A DNA stretch of 61,869 nt, filler included, from Dirinaria sp. TL-2023a (lineage: Eukaryota), in NCBI GenBank assembly GCA_051941275.1. It is 14 parts of 14 records of this genome, joined end to end, with 100 filler letters (N's around TTAATTAATTAA, not from the genome) between each part and the next. Parts side by side here need not be neighbours in the genome. Positions count along the whole stretch, not along the records: positions 48,773 to 53,081 come from JAVEBF010001866.1; positions 53,182 to 57,486 come from JAVEBF010001867.1; positions 57,587 to 61,869 come from JAVEBF010001868.1; 11 more parts are not named here. The stretch is one strand, 5' to 3'. The notes beneath the pieces were generated by a model, which ran no database searches, had not been told where the DNA came from, and saw nothing but the letters and a program-made list of their open reading frames with translations. Of this stretch, positions 48,999 through 60,368 are shown in pieces. The first letter of the stretch is position 1, and each line of letters starts with the position of its first letter. The translations under genes were made by a program, and so were the position numbers.

Positions 48999-49540
48999 AT
49001 GGCACACCCGACAAATACACTCTAAGTCGCGGTGACGTCTCTGTAACGCTCTTGAATCTTCAGCATTTTCTTATGGAAGGACAATCTTGGATATACGATA
49101 TATCCGACGGTTCCAGCATTATTGCAGGAGAATATACGCATTGCAGATGTCGGCACGGGCGCAGGGTAAACCGCTCAGAGAAATGAAACATGCATCTGCT
49201 GACGAGCCAGGATCTGGATATTTGATCTTGACAAGAACGTCCCCATCCACTGCCGAACTCCATGGCTTCGATATTTGAGACGAGCAATTCCCGAGGAAAG
49301 TCCCAGACACTATTCCGCTGTCTTAGTCGATGGCTTCGAGAACCCGCCGTCTTCATTGGTTGGACAGTACAACCTCATTCACATCCGGCTTATAATGTTC
49401 GCTGTCCAAGCCAACAGTCTCCACTCTCTTTTGAGACCACCACATAAGTCTACTCAGTGAGCGCAGCTTGAAAATTAATCCTTCGGGACTTTACTGAAAT
49501 TAGAGCCCCTGCAGACACATCCAATGGAAAGAATTACAAT
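48999..49540 (+). pseudogene. Class I SAM-dependent methyltransferase pseudogene
   Basis: LNLQH(frameshift)LWKDNLGY, IADVGTGAG|intron|IW.DL, (frameshift)LHGFDI*DEQFP, GQYNLIHIRL, HIQW; frameshifts and stops. Confidence 0.75.
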
Positions 49541-50631
49541 CTAGAGCAGGAAAAAAAAATCCTCAACTACAGCGCTTCACCAATAACAAAACCCCCTTAC
49601 ACAAAGCCGCGCGACATAAACAAACCAACTAATCCACAAGGCGAACCATACCCGTACATCCGAGACTCGAATCAAGCTATCCCAATACTTACCAAACCAT
49701 CACAGCCGCGCGGCTCAACTCTCCCGTATTTATTCCCAAAGAAACAAAAGCCTGTAAGAAATCACAGTCCACAGTCATCTGGTAGGCGAAGCTATCCCCC
49801 ACCCCCGGAGCTGGACTACATGCTCCACGAGACGCGTTCAGTAGTATCAGCAAGACTCAACAGCACGACAGATGGCAGCTACGTATAGCGAAGCCAATCA
49901 AGTCCCATGCACCCTCAATCTTTTCCAGGTGGTTCACCTCTCACCTTGATCAGACCATCACCTCATCAATATTTTTTTTTTTTTTTTCCCCTCCAACCCC
50001 CATCAACCATCCCTAATCCAAAAAACAAAAGCAAAGAGGAAAAGAACCCCACACCGAATTAATTTCCTCTAAAAGTCGTGTTCAACGCATGATGATGAAG
50101 TCAAATATAGATATTAATCTCCTTTCGTGCGAGATTAAAAGGAGGGACTTAACTTGTAAATTATAGACTATATTGAATGAAAGATGCTTTGTTTGGGGTT
50201 AATAACAGAGACTATGGCCCTATATATATCGTAGAGTATATATTCGGAATTTGTCCTGTTTTTGGATGGATCAGGATGAGGATAGGGGGATTGGTGGAGG
50301 TATATGGTTTGGTCTGGTCTGGCGAGGAGGTAAGGTAAGGTAGGGCTGGAATTGCTGCTGTCTTTCTTCTCCCTATCTCCCCTATCTCCCGTCTCCTTAG
50401 GGAAGGCTGGCTATGTGGAACATCAAGGTAGAATGAGGGTTGATGGAATGTTAGATGTATTATTATTGTTCTTGAATAGATAGATGCTTTGTTGAAGTTC
50501 GAGCTACTTCAATCTAGCCCGCTCTGATTTTCTGACTCAAGGAGCTGAACTCTCACTCTCCTACGCACACAAAACAAAAATTAATGGGGTGCTATATAAT
50601 GATATCAAGACAAAATTACCCCTCATCTCTA

Positions 50632-52406
50632 TCAATCACTGAGACCTTCCCATTCCGAGTCGGAGCTGGGGCCCAGACCATCACCAGCGGACTTCGGAGA
50701 GACATCTGCCTCCTCGCCAGATCCGTTAGTGTACGGCACAGATCTAACGAACCCAGCGACGAAGAACCCCTGAGTGCCTTCCACACTATGTTTATTGCAT
50801 CTAATGCAGGAAGCGGCGATTACCTCTGCAGAACCAGACTCTTCCTCAGTAACCGTAATCCCTTTCAAAGCCTCTGTGGTGCAGGCCGATCGATCTCCCC
50901 TGATATGCCATATCCGTAATCCGTGCGGTTGTTCAGCACGTTGCATGATACGCCAAGCTCTGCCTCTTGCTTCCGCAGATCTCAGAGCCTTGACGACCAC
51001 GTGTTCGTTTTCTTCCGCGTGCACGGAGCAGGTCGAGTATACGATGCGGGAAGCGTTGGGGAATTGGAACGCGTGCGTGAGGAGTTTGAGCTGGAAGTGT
51101 GAGAGTGCTTCGAGGCGATCTTGCAGGAGGTTTTGAGGGTTCTCTTCCGGCTCGAATAATGGATCGGGATCTGGTTCTGGATAGGGTTCTTGTGCTACGG
51201 TTTGCTTTTTTGGATTATGCCTTTTTCGTTTTTTTGAGCCAGTAGTTTGATTCTGTGGGGTTGTCCTGCTGGGAAGAGTGATGTCGACTGTGCCATCGCG
51301 ACCGATGATGCCACTGCCTGAGCAGCTGGGATCTAATAGAATGGATCCAATGGAGTCCCATTGCGGCTGTTGGGGGTCTAGCTTCAGGAAGTCCTGCCCA
51401 GTACGTATTGATACCTGATCCTCTGCTCCTGCTAGGCTGACCATCTTCTGCAGAGTGGACGCTCGCATTTGATCTCGTTCACAAGCGAAGATTTTGCTTC
51501 TCCTGGCAGATTTTGATATTCGCATGATTGCTGCCAAATGAGTGGTTTTGTTGCCAGGTGCAGCGCATGCATCTATACAGTCACGTCCATCGGCTGGCTG
51601 TCCGAGTAAGTAGGCCGGAAAGCAGGAAGCCTTGTCGTGGAAGATGATGCATCCTTCGCGATAAGCAGCGGTGTTAACTAAATCTGGATTTGGATGGACT
51701 GCTACGAGATCTGGAATGTGCTGATCTATATGCAGCAACTGACTGCCGCCTGAGCCCATGTCACCAATGATAATCTTCTCTAGCGAATCAACAAGTTTAT
51801 AGTTCTGAAATGTCGTCGTTAATTGTTCTTTCAATGTAGTCTTAATTGTATTAATTCGAATCCACCGTGGATGTGCCCACAGCCGAGCATCTTGCCCAGA
51901 TCCGCCGGCAGATTCGGTGGCTGCAGAATTCCGTGTCAGCGAAACGGTTTGACCTCTGTCTAGAAACTCCTTCAATGCCTCAGTACTGGAAAATCCCCGC
52001 TTTAGTCTCGCTTTGGTAAGTTCGGCAGAGAGCCGGGCCTTATACCTGGAAACAGCCACTCGCAGCGGGTGAGCTGCAGGAGCGGCGACACCTTTCTTTG
52101 ACAGCAGGAGATCATGAACTAAGAGTATTGCAAGCGAAGGAGAGAGCTACACACAGAGCATAGCGATCTGTCAGAATCCATCGCTATGACGCTGAGTAAT
52201 GTGTTAATTACCTTCTTTTCTTGCTCCAGCAACAGAGATTTTTCGATGGTTTCTGCCAGTATTTCACTCCATTTGGAAGCCTCCGTAAGCAGAGCAAATA
52301 CCTGAGTAGGTGGTGATTTGAGATCCCGAGCACCAAAGACTCTGGACTTAAGCGACCCCGACTGCCCGGATTGCAGCAATGACGCTGCGTCGTAGTAGAG
52401 GGACAT
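50632..52406 (-). CDS. RCM1: 25S rRNA cytosine-C5 methyltransferase Rcm1/NSUN5
   Basis: MSLYYDAA, HPRWIRINTIK, DKASCFPA, IDACAAPGNKTTHLAA, LLDPSCSGSG, VYSTCSVHAEENEHVV, GFFVAGF; one intron. Confidence 0.95.
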
Positions 52407-54238
52407 GACAGCTTAACTTATTTCTGCTCATGGATGTCTTTGTGCCGCAGACCAGTTGAGATCGAAGGTATTGTTGAGAAATAATGGCAGCGTACTGTTT
52501 CTGCGTCCTCGGGCAGTACTTCATAGAGGAGATGGAGTTTGTCTTATCGCCCTTCTTTTGATGTGGTGGCTTTTGAAGAGGGGATCGATATCGATGATTC
52601 TAAGCTTCATACGATGTGTACCTGTGCCAGTGAAAGAACTTTCTCGAAATTATGGGAAGCGATCTGTTGAAGGAATTAGTAGAGGTTGATTGTAAAGCAG
52701 AAGCCATGATCTTGATTTAGGCGAATGCACATTCAGCCCTATGCTAAGGCTGAGCTTCAGCAAAGAGAGTAAGAGACGAATAGGAGATGTACTCAGCAAC
52801 CTCACGAATTTTTGAGTAAATTGCCACAGAAAAATTCTCTTAATGTACAAAAAACCATAATCATCTTCTAAAACTAGCTTCCGAGCAAATATTAATTTCA
52901 AGATAAAAAAATATATTTTTTAATTATGCCCTGTGGTCATCAAGCGGGTCGTTTGGTGCAGTGGTACACCCGACCCAAAAAATCTCAATGAAGCCGAAAT
53001 CTGGTCTCACCCCTTATAGTACAGGGCATACCAGGAGGGATTTTCTAGGGAAGGCCTCCAAAAGGGGCTTTCCTGAGCTTTNNNNNNNNNNNNNNNNNNN
53101 NNNNNNNNNNNNNNNNNNNNNNNNNTTAATTAATTAANNNNNNNNNNNNNNNNNNNNNNNNNNNNNNNNNNNNNNNNNNNNTTATATTATGACCTACCTA
53201 CCTACCTTGTATTATCTCTTCGTCTGACACAGTGACTTTAGATCGGAATACTTCTACATGTAGGACGGCCCCCTGTGGGCTTGAGATTCTTTCAGAAGGG
53301 ACAATTTATTCAGATTCAGAGATACCTACCTTAGTTCAAGTTTCCTGGTTTTTTTTTTTGGTCTACTTTATCACACAATCTGGGACTGGGGAGGAGGGGA
53401 AGGAAGGGGATGGGATGGGTGCAGTTCCGGACAAATGTCTCCCGCCAATTTTTGCGATATGGCTGATTGAACCCAGTCGTACCTTGCTTGCCCCTTACTT
53501 TGTATAGAGAGATATTTTAGAAGGTATTTAATGCTTCAGCATACTATATGAAAATTTTCTTTTCTTTTTCTGTTTCCCCTTCTCCAATATAGCGATACAC
53601 GTGTTACTGTTTAGAGTCTCCTTGCCACAATGCGATATTGATGAATCGTAAAAGTACTCCTACATTCAGTAGTCATCGAGGAACCTGGAAGCCCGAAAGC
53701 AGCTGTGCTTTTCGCTCAGACAGACATTTTGCCACCAAAGAGATTCCCCCCGGCCTTTTTTTCAATGGCTCTCGATTTATTGCCCCATTAATAATATATT
53801 GCATCTTTCCCTCTCTTTCTCGAGCTAGTATTGCTCAGAAAGGACGGGAGGCCCTAGCTTTACCCGAAATCGAAGTTACTCAACAAGGCGCTTGCCTTAT
53901 GTTTCACCACTCATCCCCCGATTTCGGAAAAATGCGCCGGATCGTGCGAACCAAGTGACGCCCCCCTCGACCCCCGGGTTTCCCGGATATCGAAAAAACC
54001 TGGGCAGACAGAATCTCCTTCAAGTGCTGAGTGAGCAAGACGTCAAGTAACGTCACAATACGCCAGAGTTCGAGTGAAATAGGTGGGCAACTCCAGTGCC
54101 ACGCCTCTAACACAATTGCACTCAACACACATCCTGCCGGGGCGCTGTTACTGGAGGATGACTTCCGGAGGACAGCGATCCCTTCATCCAGCGCTGTCTA
54201 TGATGAGCGTGCATACTTTATAGACCGACTCCAGCAAC

Positions 54239-56645
54239 TTAGTCATTTAGGAGCGCATTGATATGCATCGATCTCGGAGCGGCGCCCGTCGAAGTCGCGT
54301 TCAATTCACCGTGCTGTTGTTCATCGGCTACCTTGCGCCATTCGTCCATGAAGTCGTGTGCAAGAGTTGGGCTAATGTTAGGCCGTAATTGAGCGATCGA
54401 AATTTTGTATGACGGCCGGGTGCAGGCGTTGAGTAGATCATCGAGCTGATACTGATGGCTGGGGCCCACTAGGCGCTCCAAATCACTCGGAATAGCGACA
54501 TTGGATTCGGCCATAGAGTTTGCAAACATCCTCTGCAAAGGGCCCGCAAGAGGATAACCGGCTTTGGCCTCTTGGAGATCCTCGATGCAAAAGCGGATGA
54601 CGTCGGTGGTGGAAGAACCATGGGCATCATGAGTCACGATGGCGTCGCAAATGTGCACGAGACAAAAAAGCTGGAGAGGGGATTGGTAGAAGGCTCCATA
54701 GACGTTGCGATACTGGACTAGGAGTTCTAGACCTCGGTGAGCATGGCTCAGCAGGATATCTTCCATGACGCGGGAAGTTTCTGGGGGTGTCTCCGGCAGA
54801 TATAAAAGAGGTTTGAATAGATTTAGGATAGCTGTACAGTGATAAATGCTGAGCGGCTTTAGTGGCGAGTTCAATTTTCTGAGGGTGGGCCATTTTGCGT
54901 TTACTCACTGTAAGGACAGAACATGAGGCAGAGCATCGTTATCGCCAGCGACGTCACAGATCTGTGGTGCCAGTTCCTCTTTCCAGTGTACATAACGCCG
55001 ATACACCTGTAACAGATGGCTAGCCGACACTTTGCCATCTATTCCGCTGTACAGCAGAGCACTTTCATGGATGATGCGACACATTTTGGCCATCTCGGAG
55101 GCAGTCAAGACCGTGTAGCTCGGTTGATTGCTTGTTGGGGAGTCGTCCGACTGGCCGTATAATTCGTAGTGTCCGCCTATTCCAATATCAACTCCCTTGA
55201 AGACGATGGCTTTCGTTGAGATGGGTGCCGACGGTTTGACGAAAGTCAGGCCAGCCCAAGCGCTAGCAATCACGTAAGAATAATTTTCAGTGCGACTTAT
55301 AGGAGAAGTTACTGCTTGACATACGTATGAAGGGTAATGATACCCCAAGAAGAGAGCTCCTCGGACTCGGACGATTGCTCAGCTATGTTCTTCTCTATCA
55401 GTGACTCAGTTGCAAGCCTCAGATGAGACGTTGCCATCAAGCCGTTTCCCGACCCTAATTCACACAAGAACATAACTGCATATGTTTGCAATGTGGTCAT
55501 TTTTCGAGGATGCACACCGCCCAGGAGCACTCGAGCCTCACCGATGAATCGTGTGCGGAGTGAGGCAATGGCGTTCCTCGCGTCGGCGTCGACTTCGTTG
55601 TCCCAAGACGCATGCAGCAGAAGACAAGAGGTCGCACAGATTACGTTGACTAAAGCTGGCGAGCAGTAGGTGTCGACGCAATCCCGAAAACTCGACATGA
55701 AGCGTTGTTCGTCGAAAAGCATATGCGTAGGATGGACCCAAGTGAGGTAAAGGGATACGAGATGCTCGATAAGCGATTCATCTTAAAGACGACCGAGTCA
55801 GCACATCCTCCTCATAATTATCAACGTGGCGCGCGCGACTCGATTGAAGAGAAGTTGTCGTGCGAGAGATCTAGGCGCTCTTCAGAACTTTCAAAGAGAA
55901 ATTGAAACAGAGAATACCAGTCAAGTGAAAGCATGTCTAACCTTTAGTCACGTCTGTCCAATAGCGCGGATCTTTGTTACCAACCAGGTCCCTATGGTAC
56001 TTCTCGATCGCGCTGTTGAGATGACTGGACACGTCTGGAGAGAGCTCTGATTCTGATATTAAGGGTCGGCCGAGCCACTCAGCGATGACCTGGTGGGAGT
56101 CGCCCCGTTTCAAACGATTGATAATTTCGATATATAGACCGTCGTCTTTCAGCGATGAGATTATTTGTTCGATCCAAGCATTTCTCTCTTCTAAACTATC
56201 CCTTTGTGTCTCGAGATCTTGGCTCTTCTGCTGCAGCTGCCTAATCTCCCGCATCATCAGGTCTTTCGCTGTTTTGGAATGGACGTCGTAGTGGCAAGAG
56301 TCGCTAATGTGTCGCGCATTGCATCGCTGGCAGGCGGGCTTGCCGCCATCGCACTGGCGCGTTGTACATGGTTAGTAAAGAAGCGGTCTCAGACGCAAGA
56401 GCAATGATTACCTTTGCTCGTGCTCTCTTGCAATTTGCACAAGCGTTCGGGGTGATAGAGCTGGTAACCCGGCGCTTCCTGGGAGGTAGAACCGAGGCGA
56501 TAGTGTTCCTTCCGCTGCTCTGTTCACTTCCTTGTGGTGACTTGGAACCAGTTGCGGACATTGTCCGTATTAGAGAAGCCTCGTCGGTCGTCGATGGATC
56601 ACCACTGGTTGAATGTTCACTTGCTATGGTTGGTGAGGTTTCCAT
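54239..56645 (-). CDS. Zn(II)2Cys6 fungal transcription factor (start uncertain)
   Basis: Binuclear cluster ACANCKRARAK|CDGGKPACQRC..SC.Y; coiled coil; fungal TF domain HLVSLYLTWVHP..FDE..F, YCSPALVNVICA; several introns. Confidence 0.9.
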
Positions 56646-57637
56646 TGTCGAAGCTGCTGATCGCCTCACTCGTGGACTAGCTACGGCGCTCCTTGGCAAT
56701 GCAGGAGCAACCTATGCTGAAGAGCTTGAATTGCTACCGGCGAGAGTAGTCGAAGAAATTGGGATAGACGCAGCAGACCGAATTTGCGGACATCTTGCGC
56801 CACCATCACACATGGCAATGGGCAAAAATGCAGTCGTGGACGAATGATGACCGCATTGCCAGGGCCAGTGGAAGGGCCAAAACCAATAAGGCACGTCGCT
56901 TACGTCGGCATCTTTGTACTCGTACCTTAGGATTGCCTGCCGTCACTGCTTTAGTGACGTACTTTCATGATGGAGAGTGAATAAGGTAAGGCAACTCTGT
57001 AAGGTACGGCAGATGACTTAATGCCCAAAGGGTTTGCCCTTCATTTACATACATACATAAGTTGCCTTCGTACCAATCTCGTACTCTATTGTTATTGCTA
57101 TTGTCGAGAGGCGGCATTACTCCAATCACACCGAAAGGTCTGTTATTGGCATCCATCGTCCAGACGGAACCTTCCAACTGTATGACGTACGTCTATGATG
57201 ATCGGGGGTGGACCGCACTGCTCAGTCACAAGCACGGGCTGATTTGATGCAATCACGATGCACCGCCCAAATCCGAAGTCCTCGCCCACGAAACATAAGG
57301 TAAGGTAGGTAAGTAGAAGGATCGGGCTCCAGCATTCTCTACAAGACGAAACCCCTCCTCGATAACAGGGAAATACCAACGCCGGGCGAGTGCTGCAGAC
57401 ACTGATGGCAAGAAATCTGAGGTGCCGGAGATCCGTCCGAATTACGATAAGATCTGAGGGATGCGATTGTTGGAAATGGCAATTGGNNNNNNNNNNNNNN
57501 NNNNNNNNNNNNNNNNNNNNNNNNNNNNNNTTAATTAATTAANNNNNNNNNNNNNNNNNNNNNNNNNNNNNNNNNNNNNNNNNNNNCTAGCAATCGAGCT
57601 ACGCAAGACTCGATCAATACGACGAATCGTCTCGAGT

Positions 57638-57781
57638 TGTAAGATCGTATGTGTCAAAGATTCAACCTTGATTAGATAGGTTTCCCAGTGGTAAAAGTCC
57701 CGGCAGCGCCAAAAGACTAACTAAATCAAGTCAAGGGACTTGGTGTCTATCTTACTACTTAGGTGTTCCAGGGTCGTAACA
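57638..57781 (-). mobile_element. Short LTR-like segment
   Basis: On the minus strand TGTTAC...GACACATACGATCTTACA; the end nearly matches GACGCATACGACCTTACA at 59706-59723; it truncates the gag-pol relic. Confidence 0.55.
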
Positions 57782-59311
57782 GATAAGATTGAACATCTTT
57801 TTGAGATTTCTAAATTCTTCAGAAATGCGTTTCATTATCTCATTCATCGATAATGTGAATATGATAATTTTCTCGAGATTCTTCGAAGCATTTGTAGTCT
57901 TTGTAGATACTCGTCTCTTCAATTCATTGTCAATCTGATCGATAATAAAAGAGTAAAATTGCGTGTCGTTCTTCTTTTTGCGAGTTCGTTGAGTCAGAAA
58001 GTCAAAGCTTGCGACGTCAATCATTGTTATATTCGATATCTCCTCTTTCAATGACTCGAGACGATTCGTCGTATTGATCGAGTCTTGCGTAACTCGATTG
58101 CTAGTTGATAAGAAGAGAAATGACTTCGATTTGCTTTTGAGTTTGAGTTCATCGCGCTTCAATATCTTGTAACGCTGTGAGACGAACATACTCTGCGGCG
58201 TTTCTCTAGACTCATTCTCGTTCGACACGAGTTTTTTGCGTGACGCAGATTTCAGTACTATCTCTAAGAATAAATGATATTGGCAGATAAGATTCTGAGA
58301 CTTGCAATAATCTGAAAAGAACTTTAGTGTGTCGATTCGCATGTTCAGTTCTATATCGTACTTATTCATTCAGAGCTTTTCGAGTATGATCTTGTGTATC
58401 TCTAATTGAATTATCAGCATAAAGCAACTCAATTCGATATGCTTTTTGATGATAAGTCGAGAATAAATGATATGAGTTATAGATTATCTGCTTAATTCGT
58501 CATTGAACTCTCGAATCGAACGCGAACGAATTAGTTCAATCGAGACTATATTCAATGCTCTACATACTTTATTTGCTTTTTGATCATCGATAACGAAAAT
58601 CACTGTTGACTCTGTATCGACAAGACAGATGTCATCGACTTGCTCAAAAGATGACGTCAAGATATATAACACGATGAGTGCTGCTTCATGCGATGTGTCT
58701 TCATAAGAATTGTAGGCAAAGTTAGAAATTGAAATGACTATATCGTTCTTCGAAACGTCACCCTCGAGGGCTATGCGTTTTCCGTCTGATCATGATCATA
58801 ATCATGATCATACTCTTTCTCTAATGATCATTGACTCTCAGAGTCATTCGCGTTTATATATATCTCGTGAATTCGATTGTTTTTGCCGCGATCGAGACAG
58901 TTCTTGATCAAGTGACTCTGCTTTTCACATTCATAACAATGAGATTATCTAGATGAATTGACGTTCTGACGTTGATCGTCTGAGCGATATAATTCTGATG
59001 ACAGTGTTCTAGATGAGAGAGCTCGATAGTCGATAAAGCGACTAGATGCGATAGAGGGTCTAGATGTGAATGTAGTACGCGGTGCTGATCGTCGATCATA
59101 TTCTGCTCTATTATAGGTGAGATTGCGTTGCTTAGTATCAATCATCTGCAAGAAATTCTTTATTTCGAATAGATTAGTAAACTTAGCATTCTTAGTAGCA
59201 AGCATATTCTGCAGCTTATATGTGATCTTTCGCTTCAAGTCTGCCATTAATTGCACCTCGAAATACTTAAGAATGCGATCATTTCTAATCAATTTGAAAT
59301 AAAAGACATTG
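57782..59311 (-). mobile_element. Mutated Ty3/gypsy retrotransposon relic (gag plus aspartic protease)
   Basis: Zinc knuckle CYECEKQSHLIKNC (CX2CX4HX4C, ~58898-58938); protease LVDTEST (from DTG) and IILEKL* (from ILGxPW); multiple stops. Confidence 0.88.
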
Positions 59312-59723
59312 TGTAACAGTGATACCTGATACATTGATATATATTGACCAATGCAGGCTAGCGCCGCTTGGCAGCCGAGGGTGCCCAGGGGCAATCCTTC
59401 GGGGTCTGAAGCATGGCTAGCGCCGCCTAGAAGCCAGCGTCGAAAGATTGAATTTCGAGACTAACTAGAAGTCAGTGAGCGATTGACGCTTATAGAGCAT
59501 TGTGTCTACGAGCGCTCGTGATTCGTCAGCGCGGAGCTCGTCATGATGAGGCAATATTAACGCTCGCGATTAAGTATAAAGAATCACTCACTCTTTCGGA
59601 GGAGGTCCTTAGTGATTAGTTCTAGCAGGAACTACAGTATGAGGTAGCTATATAATCTATTACACTGCCACGTCTTTCACACAAGTACTGCGTCGGCGGA
59701 TAACCGACGCATACGACCTTACA
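59312..59723 (+). mobile_element. LTR (412 bp)
   Basis: Inverted termini TGTAA...TTACA; composition switches sharply at both ends; no TSD (flanks CATTG and AAATA). Confidence 0.7.
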
Positions 59724-60368
59724 AAATACGTCTGTCGCGATCTGAACTCGTTGCCGCTCATCTATATATGTCGCGTCATTTAAAACCCAGTGTGTATAAA
59801 AAAGAAGATAAAGATCGTTGAGACTGATTACAGATTTCTTTTTAGATAGAGTTCGAAGATCATACTCATTAATCAGAAGATTTATATACTACATATGCTC
59901 GAGACGTTAATGTAAAATTTCTCAAGATTGAGAAAAGAGCGTTTTACGTTTCGTATATTCCTTTTTTCGAGCGAATCGAAGTCTCGATTCGTTTTGTCGA
60001 GAATATGCATTTTCAGAACTCTTCAATAATTTTTGAAACTGAACGTCGCATCGATTCTGTTGTAGTTATTCAGCGTTCATTTTTAAAATATTTTGAAATT
60101 CGATGCTTGAGTTTTTTGAAAAAAGCTGTGAGATTCGTGATCTAGCTCGTAGCAATATCTGAAAATAGTAAATAATAAATGTTAATTAGAGTTTCAAATT
60201 TCGCTAAAAATAAAACTATTTCTCCCATTTCTGTAAAATAGAGTTCAAACTCTTTTTCGTTTTGTCGACAGCTTTTGAAAAAGTCTTGTCTTGTGCTGCA
60301 AGCTCAGCTCGCTGCTGAAAACAATGATTTGACGAAAATCTGTCAGTTCTGCGACGAGGCTGTTTCAT
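59724..60368 (-). pseudogene. Decayed DUF3435 tyrosine-recombinase (Starship captain-like) gene, 5' part, truncated by the LTR
   Basis: Spliced translation MKQPRRR...KTKKSLNSILQKWEK/YCYEL...KNY*RVLKMH.../YINLLINEYDLRTLSKKKSVISLNDLYLLFYTHWVLNDATYIDERQRVQIA; resembles the DUF3435 pattern K.KP...DL..LL..HW..D.....ERQRVQ.A. Confidence 0.72.

Noticed and set aside
50086..50187. SECIS-like ATGA...TGA stem
   Set aside because: No upstream Sec-type ORF, apical geometry does not fit, and selenoproteins are not known in ascomycetes.
52930..53020. tRNA/SINE-like A-box TGGTGCAGTGG inside a GGGTCG/CGACCC hairpin
   Set aside because: No B-box or cloverleaf; it could be a transposon terminus but this cannot be supported at the contig end.
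45056..56645. Apparent nitrate cluster (niaD plus Zn2Cys6 regulator)
   Set aside because: The genes are on different contigs separated by two artificial linkers, and the factor is not demonstrably NirA.
4357..57586. Regularly spaced TTAATTAATTAA repeats resembling an array
   Set aside because: Embedded in fixed N-runs; an assembly linker, not a biological repeat or CRISPR array.
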